DNA from: an uncultured archaeon
GTDB taxonomy: Archaea; Altiarchaeota; Altiarchaeia; JAFGQM01
NCBI GenBank assembly: GCA_964592405.1
Contig: CAZQBY010000001.1
Location: forward strand, 50,459-114,458
Length of the DNA stretch: 64,000 bases
Reading direction: 5' to 3'
A model generated the notes under the pieces. The model worked only from the letters and a program-made list of their open reading frames with translations, made no database searches and was not told the origin of the DNA. The position numbers and the translations under genes were made by a program. Below, one piece after another: positions 17,649-26,665 of the stretch (position 1 is the stretch's first letter; the number at the start of each line of letters is the position of its first letter).

Positions 17649-18146
17649 ATGTCTCCCAGAAGGCGCCCCCGAAGTCCAGAGGAATTGAAAGCCCTTAGGG
17701 CTAGGTTGGCCGACCGTCTTAGTGAGGGCGATCCTATGTGCAGGATTTGTGAGTTTAAAAGGGTACATCCGATGCCATCCAAATGCAAGATAAGGGGAAA
17801 TCCTGAAATAGCTCCATTTGGCCACGTCCTGGATCCCCTTTCTTGTGTGGGTGTAAGATGCAACCATGGTTTGGAGGCTGCCAGCAGGGCTCTTTCAAAA
17901 GCAAAGAGGGGGGAGATCAAATGGCAGAGAATAAAAACAGATATAGGTGAAGTTGAGGCCGTTCCCTGCCCCACCCATCTTGCCGGCCCGCCGGCCAGTA
18001 ATAAGTCTCATGTAGTCTCTCCAGTTCCAAAAACCGGCTATGTCGATCGGAATGGCCGCCTTTTTGTGGAAACTGAAGCCAAGGGTTTGATATTCAACCA
18101 CCAGACCCTGCCAGATGACAGAAACCCCTTCAAGAAAAAGGACTGA
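17649..18146 (+). CDS. Hypothetical basic Cys/His-containing protein
   Basis: 165-aa ORF; MSPRRRPRSP N-terminus, CRIC and further Cys/His. Confidence 0.55.
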   Translation: MSPRRRPRSPEELKALRARLADRLSEGDPMCRICEFKRVHPMPSKCKIRGNPEIAPFGHVLDPLSCVGVRCNHGLEAASRALSKAKRGEIKWQRIKTDIGEVEAVPCPTHLAGPPASNKSHVVSPVPKTGYVDRNGRLFVETEAKGLIFNHQTLPDDRNPFKKKD

Positions 18147-18265
18147 GTGGCCAACCAAAAATCTTTTCTCAGGAGGCGTTTATCTCTCCAGAAATGCACT
18201 GTAGCCCCTGCCAGATGGTTACTGTCTCCGGGAGAACTGCCTGCTGTTCATTCCTAAATCATTAT

Positions 18266-18844
18266 TCATCCTGAAGCCAGAATCAGGAACAGCAGACTCC
18301 CCAGGACTGCATGGCTGAATATGGGCCCCACAAGATTCCGCTCCTTCTCATAGGCCCATCCCCACGCGAAGCCGGCTATGAGGGTCGTCAGCATCACGAT
18401 TCCGACCTGCGGGATTCCTATGAAAAAATGGGAAAGCGAGAAGATGAGTGATACCGTGAAGACGTTCGCCAGGGTCGGCAGGGCCCCTCTGAGGACTCTC
18501 TGCCCATAGCCCCTGAATATGAACTCCTGCGCGGGCACGGAGATGCCCCAGTAGGTCAGATACTCAGGATTCGGCATCTTAAGCCCGTATCCGTTGGCCA
18601 GTGCGAATATCGCCAGCCCCGCGACGCCCGCTATAGTGAAAGGTAGTTGGATCTTGATTGCCGGCCATACCCTCTTGCTGGTTAGACCGAGATTCTCAGG
18701 CCTTTCCCGCCTCCAGTAGTTGAAGAGCGCGATGAAGCCTATCACAGTGCTCATGCTCATGTAATAGTCCGCGCCCCTCAGCAGCATGAAGGCAGAGATT
18801 GCCAGAATCACTGCGATTTCGAAAATCCTGCGGGCAGTATCCAT
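18266..18844 (-). CDS. CPBP (Abi/CAAX type II) intramembrane metalloprotease
   Basis: QEFIFRG, FSLSH, PIFSHAVLG motifs; multi-TM. Confidence 0.88.
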   Translation of the reverse strand: MDTARRIFEIAVILAISAFMLLRGADYYMSMSTVIGFIALFNYWRRERPENLGLTSKRVWPAIKIQLPFTIAGVAGLAIFALANGYGLKMPNPEYLTYWGISVPAQEFIFRGYGQRVLRGALPTLANVFTVSLIFSLSHFFIGIPQVGIVMLTTLIAGFAWGWAYEKERNLVGPIFSHAVLGSLLFLILASG

Positions 18845-18960
18845 CTATTATCTTACGTCTGCCGACTGAAAAACCGTTTTTACCGTTAAATAAATTATGC
18901 AGCAGGCAGAGTTATTTAACGGGTCAGGTCAAGTTGAAAGACGCTAGATGAAGACTTGAC

Positions 18961-19035
18961 CTTTTTATGTTCTCTTGCTATAATATCCCAGTCAGGCCGG
19001 CGAGTCGCTTATGCAAGCATCGCTCGCCCAGACTG
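18961..19035 (+). promoter_or_regulatory. tRNA-Trp promoter plus 5' leader hairpin (homolog at 26555-26635)
   Basis: CTTTTTATGT...AATATCCC then hairpin cagtc/gactg, ggcgag/ctcgcc, gctt/aagc. Confidence 0.75.
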
Positions 19036-19081
19036 TAACGGGGTCGTAGGGTAGTCTGGCATCCTCGCAGGCTCCAGAGAA

Positions 19082-19186
19082 CCCCTTTTCTTCAGAAGAA
19101 AAGGTGCGCGAGGTTCGCGAAAGCGAACCCGCGCCCAAGTTCACAAAAGTGAACTTCGGGCTTCACCCCCCTAAAAGAACGGGGTG
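19082..19186 (+). repeat. Four-hairpin intron-embedded element, copy 1
   Basis: Near-identical to 26707-26806 within tRNA-Thr intron. Confidence 0.93.
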
Positions 19187-19208
19187 TTTAGCATTTTTAA
19201 TTTTCAGG

Positions 19209-19265
19209 AAGAGGACTTTGGAGCACCGAGCCGCAAATCGCGGTGATGACGAAACGCGGGTATAC
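19209..19265 (+). ncRNA. Intronic box C/D guide RNA of tRNA-Trp (predicted Cm34 guide)
   Basis: Box C-like AAGAGGA, guide CTTTGGAGC complementary to GCTCCAGAG, D' CCGA, C' TGATGA, second guide GCGGGTAT complementary to ATACCTGC. Confidence 0.8.
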
Positions 19266-19392
19266 GCTTCGGCATGGAGATACCTGCTGACCCGGGTTCA
19301 AATCCCGGCGACCCCATCCTTACTTATGCTAGAGATAGCTCGGATGTGGTCGCCTTACGTTGGAGCCGTCTGCCTGGCATGTCCATCCCAAC

Positions 19393-19408
19393 ATCCCGGC
19401 GACCCCAT
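19393..19408 (+). repeat. 16-bp direct repeat of tRNA-Trp 3' end
   Basis: atcccggcgaccccat identical to 19302-19317. Confidence 0.9.
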
Positions 19409-20515
19409 TCATCCCAATCTAGGCTCGCACACTATATCGTATAGCTGACCCAGCCTTTTGACCATGACATCTAAGGAGTACTCTTTCTCCACCAGCTTCC
19501 TCCCATGTCTGGCAAGCTTCTTCCTCCTCTTCTTGTCCTCGATGAGCGCATCCACCTTCTCCGCCAGACCATTGGCGTCTCTTGGCTCTATCAGGAATTC
19601 GGGATCTATTACATCTTTAGCGATTCCTGTGTTGGTCGCTATACATGGTGTTCCAGAGGCGAGCGCCTCCAGCAGAACGATACCTTGGGTTTCCATCTCC
19701 GATGGCATAACAAACAAGTCAGCAGCTGCAAAAGCCTGCGGAATCAACTCATCTGGCAGATAGCCTGTGAAGATTATATTTGGCATGTCCCTGCACATTT
19801 TCCTAAGCTTCTCCTCGAGCTCTCCTCTGCCGGAAACAACAAAAACGGCATCAGATTTTGATTCTATAGCCGCGCGAAGGAAAGTTTGTGGGTCTTTCTT
19901 GTGCTCCAAACGCCCAGCAAAGAAGACCATCGGCCTGTCTGGTATTCCATAGCGGTCCCTGAATTGCTGGGAATCAATATCCGGGCTGAATTTTTTTATG
20001 TTAACCCCATTGGGTATTATCTCAATATGTCTTCCAAGCTTTCTTGCCTCCAGCTGGGTCTTCACCCATTCTGAGGTTGCAATAACAACATCACATTTTC
20101 TGTACAAATATATCAGATACTGCCATGTCGGCCATGTTAGCAACCTGCCACCTGCAGAGTCCAGGGGTACCAGTGCTCCGAAGATTGCAGCCGGATCAGT
20201 ATGGAAACTGCCTACCAATGGCTTTCCAAGCCTCTTTGAAATTTTTATTCCATAGTAAAACATCCCATAAGGAGTATGATTATGAATCAGGTCAAAGTCC
20301 CTTGCCTCTTTTTCCAGCCAGCCGGTGTTTAAGGCGATTTTATATTCGGGAAACAGAGGGAATGGAATACCTGATACCCCTGTCACGTCTGGATGCTTTA
20401 TTGGACCAAATATCTGGTCATCCCAACCTTTTTTTGTGTGGTGCAACCCATAGAGGATGGTGGCTATGCCGTTATTATGTGGAATATATGTATCCGTGAA
20501 GTTTGCAATTCTCAT
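19409..20515 (-). CDS. GT4 glycosyltransferase
   Basis: FTDTYIPHNNG, GRLEHKKD, PSEMETQGIVLLEALASG. Confidence 0.92.
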   Translation of the reverse strand: MRIANFTDTYIPHNNGIATILYGLHHTKKGWDDQIFGPIKHPDVTGVSGIPFPLFPEYKIALNTGWLEKEARDFDLIHNHTPYGMFYYGIKISKRLGKPLVGSFHTDPAAIFGALVPLDSAGGRLLTWPTWQYLIYLYRKCDVVIATSEWVKTQLEARKLGRHIEIIPNGVNIKKFSPDIDSQQFRDRYGIPDRPMVFFAGRLEHKKDPQTFLRAAIESKSDAVFVVSGRGELEEKLRKMCRDMPNIIFTGYLPDELIPQAFAAADLFVMPSEMETQGIVLLEALASGTPCIATNTGIAKDVIDPEFLIEPRDANGLAEKVDALIEDKKRRKKLARHGRKLVEKEYSLDVMVKRLGQLYDIVCEPRLG

Positions 20516-20520
20516 CTTTC

Positions 20521-21915
20521 TTACGCCACCTCATAGATTTGCGAATCCCCAGAGGAGAAGACAACCGTTCCAATCTCAGAAAATTTGTCTGTATCAAAGC
20601 CGTAATTCCAGACATCCCGCGCATCTACAACGACATAATCCACACCATATCTCCCCAATATGTTGCGCGCCTCTTCCGGATCGCTGGTTTTCAGCACATG
20701 ATACATTCTCTCCCATCTGGTGCTATCAGGTATGCATTCCAGAAACAAATCAAACTCCGTTCTTATTGAGGGAGACATTAGCAGTGTATTTATCGCTCCA
20801 GAGATCTCAGGATTTGCAAGCACTGTGCTGTCTCTAATATGATCCCTTATCCAGTAGATAACAGCCAAGTCATCATTCGAGAGGGCAGGCCTGACCATTG
20901 CCACGGCCAAGAAAGACATAACCAGCATCACCACCAACACAATTATAACATACCTCCTCTCAAGCCTTGCTTCAGGCAGTACAAAGCAGAGGCTAAAGCC
21001 AAAGAGCAGCAGTTGGTCATATGGATGCAGTTGTGGGAATATCAGAGAGAGCAGAAACCCCACAACAGCTAATCCCAATACCACCCTCCAAAACAACATA
21101 TAATCATCATTTCTTTTTCTGAGCCAATAAAGCAGGCCAAAGCCTATCAGAGTAACAAATGGGGCCATGATGAGGAGATAGCCCATGCCTGCGCTGGTCA
21201 CAGATGAGACTGCAGTTGACGGATCAAAACACTTACCTGCCCGACTGAATGATACCAACAACCAAGGGGATACCAGTCCGACACCAATGGTTATGATGAG
21301 TGCCGCATAGAGGAGGGAAAGCCTCCTGCCTCTTCCCAGCTTTATAAGGCTGAAGACTGTAATCACAGCCACTATTGTGAGGCTTATGAAATAGTTGAAG
21401 AGTATGCAAGTAGCCAGTATGCCGCCTCCCAGAATGTATCTGCCTCTGAGGAGACAATAGGCTATCAGTGGGAAGAGCAACAGGCCAAATATCTGCGGGC
21501 TGTCATAGGACTGCGCTGTTATTATCGGATTTAGGGCTGTGAAAGCAGCGCCCAGAACTGCAGCCTCTACGCTGCGGTATTTCCTTATCAGAAAGAAGAT
21601 AGGCAGGATAAGAAGTGCACTCGCCAGAGGCAGTATGTATTTTACCAGTTCAATAGCCGGGATTCCTGATATTATACTCGTATAACCCAACAACAGATGA
21701 TATAACGGCGGATACAGATGAGGTCTCCCTCCTGCTGCATAATCCCAAGATGGGACCCAGCCGGTTTCCGCCACAATCTGTCCTATGCGCGCGTGATATA
21801 TCGAATCAAAATTGACCAGAAAATCGTTGGTCAGTGGGGGGTATATCCGGATGCTCAGACTCAATAAAAACAGGCCTATGATAACATATCTAACCTTCAT
21901 TGAGAACCACCTCAT
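20521..21915 (-). CDS. Multi-pass GT-C-fold (STT3/PMT-like) membrane glycosyltransferase
   Basis: NFDSIYHARI, GRPHLYPPLYH, >10 TMs, soluble C-domain YGVDYVVV; located in GT cluster. Confidence 0.7.
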   Translation of the reverse strand: MRWFSMKVRYVIIGLFLLSLSIRIYPPLTNDFLVNFDSIYHARIGQIVAETGWVPSWDYAAGGRPHLYPPLYHLLLGYTSIISGIPAIELVKYILPLASALLILPIFFLIRKYRSVEAAVLGAAFTALNPIITAQSYDSPQIFGLLLFPLIAYCLLRGRYILGGGILATCILFNYFISLTIVAVITVFSLIKLGRGRRLSLLYAALIITIGVGLVSPWLLVSFSRAGKCFDPSTAVSSVTSAGMGYLLIMAPFVTLIGFGLLYWLRKRNDDYMLFWRVVLGLAVVGFLLSLIFPQLHPYDQLLLFGFSLCFVLPEARLERRYVIIVLVVMLVMSFLAVAMVRPALSNDDLAVIYWIRDHIRDSTVLANPEISGAINTLLMSPSIRTEFDLFLECIPDSTRWERMYHVLKTSDPEEARNILGRYGVDYVVVDARDVWNYGFDTDKFSEIGTVVFSSGDSQIYEVA

Positions 21916-22891
21916 AGACTTCTTTTAACTGCATGCCCACCTTCTCTAGGGAATGCTCCTTCACACTCTCCAGCCCATTCCTGATCAGGCGTTTCCTCAT
22001 GTTGCCATCCTCAATCAGTTGTCTTAGATAATCCTCAAATTCCTCATCAGTTTTCGCTCGTAGGCAGTCTTTTCCATCACGAGTCCAGTCGCGAAAGACA
22101 GGCAGATCGCGTATCAAAACAGGTCGCCCCATAGCCCAAGCCTCCAGTATGACTATGCCCTGCGTCTCTGCAAGCGATGGAAAAAAGAATATGTCTCCTG
22201 CTGAATAGGCTGCTACTATATTATTGACATAACCAGTAAACCTGACGTTATCCGGCTTGCTTTCTAGGGCTTCATCCAGCTCCTTGTTTCTGGCCAGACC
22301 TCCCCTGAAAACATTGCCAAACCATATGAACTGGTTCTCAAAACTCCGTGCCACTTCTATGAACGTTCTGACACCCTTTCGCATGAAGACATGACCCACG
22401 GAGAAGGGAACCATGCCTTCCATCCCGTATCTCTCCCTGTATTCCTGCCTTTCTCTTTTGCTAAACCTGAATCTGTCCAGGTCAACACCATTGCTCACAG
22501 TTGTTATTGACTGTTTCAGCCCGTATTTCTTAAGCTGGTTTTTTGTGTATTCGCTGGGACAAATTATATGATCAGCCTGACCATAAAAGAATTTGAGATA
22601 TCTCTTGAAAACCGGAGCCAGTGTGTTACTCATAACAAAGCTGTTACGGGTATCCTCCTCCAGTGTGTGGGCATGTATGATAACCTTTCTGCCCTTCTCT
22701 TTGGCTAGTTTGGTGTAGAACAGGGATTTTGGAAATATGGTATTTATATGGAGGATATCATAATCATCCAGCGGGTTTGTAGTGTATTCCACCCCGGCCT
22801 TTTCCAATGCCTTTTTTTGTCTCTCCAGTGCTACCCCTATGCCGCTTCTTCTCAGCAGCAGATTGCCCTCAAGATACAGGCACACCCTCAT
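21890..22891 (-). CDS. GT4 glycosyltransferase (CpoA-like)
   Basis: SGIGVALERQKKAL, HAHTLEED, FFPSLAETQGIVILEA. Confidence 0.9.
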   Translation of the reverse strand: MRVCLYLEGNLLLRRSGIGVALERQKKALEKAGVEYTTNPLDDYDILHINTIFPKSLFYTKLAKEKGRKVIIHAHTLEEDTRNSFVMSNTLAPVFKRYLKFFYGQADHIICPSEYTKNQLKKYGLKQSITTVSNGVDLDRFRFSKRERQEYRERYGMEGMVPFSVGHVFMRKGVRTFIEVARSFENQFIWFGNVFRGGLARNKELDEALESKPDNVRFTGYVNNIVAAYSAGDIFFFPSLAETQGIVILEAWAMGRPVLIRDLPVFRDWTRDGKDCLRAKTDEEFEDYLRQLIEDGNMRKRLIRNGLESVKEHSLEKVGMQLKEVYEVVLNEG

Positions 22892-23987
22892 TTTCTAAAT
22901 CCTCATAAATCCTCACAAGCTTTTTGATAGTATTCTCAATACTGTGCTTCCTTGCATGTTTTTTTGAGGACGATTTTAATCTTCTGAGATTCCTGTAGGA
23001 CATCTCTACTTTTGTCTTTAAGTCGCTCAGATCTCCGGGTTTGTAGTGGTAACCATTAACTCCAGCCTCTATGGTTGTCTTTAGAGCCATTGCATCAGCA
23101 CCCACTGCCGGCGTTCCACAGGCGTTTGCCTCTAAAACTACGAGTCCTTCTGTTTCAGCTGTGGAAGGCAATATCAGAAGATCCAGACAGGAATAAAACT
23201 CCGGTAGCCGGTTCCTCGGAAGAAAACCAAGAAAGCGGACGTTTTTCTTTCCCTCCGCAAGTTTCTTGTACTCTTCATGCTGTTTGCCCCCGCCGACTAT
23301 CAGAATTGTTCCGTCAAATTCGTCAGCAAAATTTATTAAATCCTCCAGACGCTTCTCCCAGGAGTGCCTGCCGGCGAATCCGATAATCCTACCGTCTGGA
23401 ATATCATAGTCACTTTTGAACTGGTCCGTTCTCGTCTCTTTGAAGAAGTCAGTGTCTATTCCATTTGAAAATGCTATTGTTTTGGAGATGTATCTGCCAA
23501 GACGCTCCCTGAGCAGATTTATCAGAACAGGGGATGGAGCAGTTATCAGCTGGCATCTCTCAAGAAGCTCCTTCTCATATCGGTAATAAAATACCTTGAG
23601 TGATGCTTCTACCAAGGGGTTGGAGCTTATCTGCCTGATATAGAGGTCGGGGGGAGTATGGTAGGTCAGCACCCGCGGCACCCTCTGCTTCCTAGCCACG
23701 GCCAGCCCGAGAGTTGCCATGGTGACGAAGCCGTGGAGGTGAACCATCTCCAAATTTTTTTCTATCTTCTTGAAGGAGGGCAGGCCTATCCTGTATCCCT
23801 CATAGAAGAAGAACGGAATGGAGGGGAGCGGAATCTCGTTATGCTGGGGTTTGTAACCCTCATCCTTTGGATAATAAAGGAAGACCTCATGACCCAGCTT
23901 CTCCAGCTCCCGCTTCCAGAGGCTGACCGTGTAGGTAACGCCGTTTATCTGCGGAAAATATGTGTCTGTGAAGAAGCCTATTTTCAT
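22869..23987 (-). CDS. GT4 glycosyltransferase (diacylglycerol glucosyltransferase-like)
   Basis: FTDTYFPQINGV, GRHSWEK, PSTAETEGLVVLEANACG. Confidence 0.92.
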   Translation of the reverse strand: MKIGFFTDTYFPQINGVTYTVSLWKRELEKLGHEVFLYYPKDEGYKPQHNEIPLPSIPFFFYEGYRIGLPSFKKIEKNLEMVHLHGFVTMATLGLAVARKQRVPRVLTYHTPPDLYIRQISSNPLVEASLKVFYYRYEKELLERCQLITAPSPVLINLLRERLGRYISKTIAFSNGIDTDFFKETRTDQFKSDYDIPDGRIIGFAGRHSWEKRLEDLINFADEFDGTILIVGGGKQHEEYKKLAEGKKNVRFLGFLPRNRLPEFYSCLDLLILPSTAETEGLVVLEANACGTPAVGADAMALKTTIEAGVNGYHYKPGDLSDLKTKVEMSYRNLRRLKSSSKKHARKHSIENTIKKLVRIYEDLENEGVPVS

Positions 23988-24000
23988 CTTAAAACATCCC

Positions 24001-24990
24001 CTAAATTATCTTTAAGAGAATGTAAAGCAAGGTCCAGAAGAGAGTGTTGTTGATTACTATCACGAGTATCTTTCGCGAGAGCGCCTTCTCGGTCATCGGC
24101 CCCAGCTTGCTTATGATGAGCTTGGCGAAATCCAGTTTGCCCGATTTGGGGACGTGCAACCTGCCGTCTTTCAAAACGTAGGGTCTCTCCTTCTTCTGGC
24201 TCATGTCCTCCGGATTGGTCTTCAGCTTGAGCAGTATGTCATATATGTGGGGCGCGAACAGCCCTAGGGCCAGATACCACTGATCTATGAAGAGGACCAT
24301 GCAGCCGGCGAAGGCACCGAAGAGGAGTGTGCCGCTGTCGCCGGGGAAGATGCGTGCAGGATAGCGGTTGAAATAAAATAATCCTCCTGCGGCCCCAACC
24401 ATTATCAGACCGAGGATTATAAGCGTGTCAGTATAAATGCGGGAGAAGGTAACCATGATTGTCAGACCTGCCAGCACTATCGTGGAGGATCCTGTCTCCC
24501 AGCCGTTGAGTCCGGCAAAGGAGTTGAACAGCGATGCTGTTGCAAGGATAAGGAAGCTCCCCAAGACCATATAAAGATACAACCCTATACCGCATTCGTT
24601 GATAACCGACGGGAGCACCAGATATGTGAAGGGCAGGGTAAAAATGAAGAGAACAATCGCGCGATTGACAACATATTTTGTCCACCTCTCCTCTCTCTTG
24701 AACAGCCGAAAGCCGTCATCAAAAAAGCCTATTGCGGCAAAGCATGTAGTGGTAAACAGAAATACGTATGCCAGCGGATTTATAACCTCAAAATGTACCA
24801 ACAGCAGGACGGGTATCCATATTCCGGGCAGGATGAGTATGCCACCGGATTCGGGAATGCGGGGTTTATCCCCTTTGTTTATATCCACGCCACTGATACC
24901 AAAAGACAGCATCCTGTCCTTCAGCAGCCGGATCAGGATCAGTACCAGCACAAAAGGGACAGCGAATACTAGGGGGTATGTCCACTCCAT
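24001..24990 (-). CDS. UDP-GlcNAc:polyprenol-phosphate GlcNAc-1-P transferase (MraY/Alg7/AglH family)
   Basis: GVDINK..IPESGG, IGFFDD, NSFAGLNGWE, NRYPARIFPGDSGT. Confidence 0.9.
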   Translation of the reverse strand: MEWTYPLVFAVPFVLVLILIRLLKDRMLSFGISGVDINKGDKPRIPESGGILILPGIWIPVLLLVHFEVINPLAYVFLFTTTCFAAIGFFDDGFRLFKREERWTKYVVNRAIVLFIFTLPFTYLVLPSVINECGIGLYLYMVLGSFLILATASLFNSFAGLNGWETGSSTIVLAGLTIMVTFSRIYTDTLIILGLIMVGAAGGLFYFNRYPARIFPGDSGTLLFGAFAGCMVLFIDQWYLALGLFAPHIYDILLKLKTNPEDMSQKKERPYVLKDGRLHVPKSGKLDFAKLIISKLGPMTEKALSRKILVIVINNTLFWTLLYILLKII

Positions 24991-25024
24991 GGTTTTGCCT
25001 TATGTCATTATACTCTTCCAAAAA

Positions 25025-26167
25025 TCATTTCATAAGCTCCCTCAGGAGTATTGTCGCATAGGTGCCAGGAGGGAGAACAAATCTTACCTTTATGTTAGAA
25101 TCTTCTTTATTAAAACCAAGAATCATGAAGTCGCTGAACTTGGCAAGACTGCTCCGCATTTCCCCCTCCATGGCCATCTCAGGCATGGAGGGAACCCGAA
25201 ACTGTCCTTTGTGGATTTCTTCTCTTTTGAGTATCTCTTCTGTAACGTTATCTAGTGGTGTAGTATAACCAACAAGCGGTAGCTCTTTTGGCATTTCTCC
25301 AGACCTAAGGTATTCGCTTAATGCAAGATTGAATATATACCCCTGATATGCATGGATAAACATTAGTCTCAGCTTCTTCGGAAGAACCCGCAATGCGCCG
25401 ATGTAGTCTGTAGGCGTTTTTGCCAGATGATTCAATACACTTTTCTCAAAGCCCAGATAGTTGGGGAACTCTTCAAAGGCTTTCTTAAAGTCTCCTGTTT
25501 CCCTCAGCCTTTCCCTGACTGTGGTGGCTTCCTCCGGCTCGTTGCCAGTATCACAGAGAAATGACATGACAGCCTCCTTGAACTCGCCCCCGAGTATATG
25601 CCGGCCTACAAGATGGTTGTTGAGCCGCAGACCAAAGCGTTGCGTGCCGAAGAAGTTGGGCATCTTTCCATCCAGTTGCCTGATGGTTTTCTTTACAAGC
25701 TTGTCAGCATTTTTTGCAACATCGTGGATGATGACCGTAAACCGGTTTCCCTTAAGCATCCCAAGATTGACCGGTCCATCCGAAACGGAAAAGTCGCGCA
25801 GGATTATGTCCCTAATGTGCACTCCTTCTAACCTCTCTTTCGGCACTTTCCATATGGAAACCCTCTGTGCACTGACTGACCGGCGGTCTTTCGTCCCGGC
25901 AAATTTCAGTCGTTTGTGGGAGACTCCGCATGCGCGTGCAATGGCCTTAACTGCACGCATGGTGTCCCAGTTGGTCTTCTCCAGCGTGAAGTGGGTGTAA
26001 TCTCCCTGAGTGTCCTTAAAGCACTGGTTTTTACCCACCTCCAGAATAACTCCCCCAGGGGTTATCTCCTCAACAATAAAATCTCTGGGCTCCCTCTTTA
26101 AGGTCCCGCCTATGCCCTTGGTTTTTGATAAATATGCGAGCAGTCCTACCCTCTCATCAGTGGACAT
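25025..26167 (-). CDS. truD: tRNA pseudouridine(13) synthase
   Basis: DFIVEEI, FAGTKDRR, GNRFTV, PNFFGTQRFG, FIHAYQ, LPPGTYAT. Confidence 0.95.
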   Translation of the reverse strand: MSTDERVGLLAYLSKTKGIGGTLKREPRDFIVEEITPGGVILEVGKNQCFKDTQGDYTHFTLEKTNWDTMRAVKAIARACGVSHKRLKFAGTKDRRSVSAQRVSIWKVPKERLEGVHIRDIILRDFSVSDGPVNLGMLKGNRFTVIIHDVAKNADKLVKKTIRQLDGKMPNFFGTQRFGLRLNNHLVGRHILGGEFKEAVMSFLCDTGNEPEEATTVRERLRETGDFKKAFEEFPNYLGFEKSVLNHLAKTPTDYIGALRVLPKKLRLMFIHAYQGYIFNLALSEYLRSGEMPKELPLVGYTTPLDNVTEEILKREEIHKGQFRVPSMPEMAMEGEMRSSLAKFSDFMILGFNKEDSNIKVRFVLPPGTYATILLRELMK

Positions 26168-26405
26168 CTCTGGTATCTGGGTTTCTGAGATTGATATAGA
26201 TGCCCTTCTTCAGACACTCCTTACAGAAGTATTGATTATCGCAATCAATAAGGATTGCTTCATCCCCTGATGTAACCTGCTCTATGATTGCCCTCACATA
26301 GCTGCTCCCCTTGCCGAGAACCCTTCCACAATTGGAGCAGTATTCCTTTATCTCTGTCAGGCTTTCGGGCAGCTGGGCCATTTCCGATTTATTTAGAGAG
26401 GGCAT
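26157..26405 (-). CDS. Small zinc-finger protein
   Basis: CSNC...CKEC; overlaps truD start. Confidence 0.65.
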   Translation of the reverse strand: MPSLNKSEMAQLPESLTEIKEYCSNCGRVLGKGSSYVRAIIEQVTSGDEAILIDCDNQYFCKECLKKGIYINLRNPDTRDVH

Positions 26406-26554
26406 ATTAAAAAACCTTTCTTTATAAACAAGGATGTTAAAGAGGAAAAGAATAAAAACCTCTTTAATGCGCCTTAAAAAGCTTTGCTATTCCGTTACTT
26501 TTCACCGGTGACAAGGAGTTACACTACACTTAAATGCTTTTTCGTTTTCGCACT

Positions 26555-26635
26555 CTTTTTATGTAGTGTAACACAAAATATCCCGCTTCAGATAGGCAAG
26601 TTGCTTATCCAAGCACCGCTCGCCCGAGTTAAGCG
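26555..26635 (+). promoter_or_regulatory. tRNA-Thr promoter plus 5' leader hairpin (homolog of 18961-19035)
   Basis: CTTTTTATGT...AATATCCC; cgctt/aagcg, ggcaag/ctcgcc, tgctt/aagca. Confidence 0.75.
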
Positions 26636-26665
26636 CGAGCATAATCCAAGCGAAATGAGCCGCTT

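Larger units (their letters stand above)
19040..19316 (+). tRNA. tRNA-Trp(CCA) with 204-nt BHB intron at 37/38 (19078-19281)
   Basis: GGGGTCG/CGACCCC acceptor, GCAGG/CCTGC anticodon stem, CT-CCA-G, central helix CTCC/GGAG, T-arm CCGGG-TTCAAAT-CCCGG. Confidence 0.95.

Noticed and set aside
19082-19186. Hairpin series as a mini-CRISPR array
   Set aside because: Hairpins differ from each other, there are no unique spacers, and no cas genes are in the window
19360-19367. TTGGAGCC in the Trp trailer, complementary to the anticodon arm, as a second guide
   Set aside because: Only 8 nt with a G-U pair and no clear C/D boxes; chance is plausible
19104-19448. 114-aa ORF, and ORFs 26559..26822 and 26804..27088, as intron-encoded proteins or homing endonucleases
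   Set aside because: They overlap tRNA exons and the hairpin element; no LAGLIDADG or other motif; spurious
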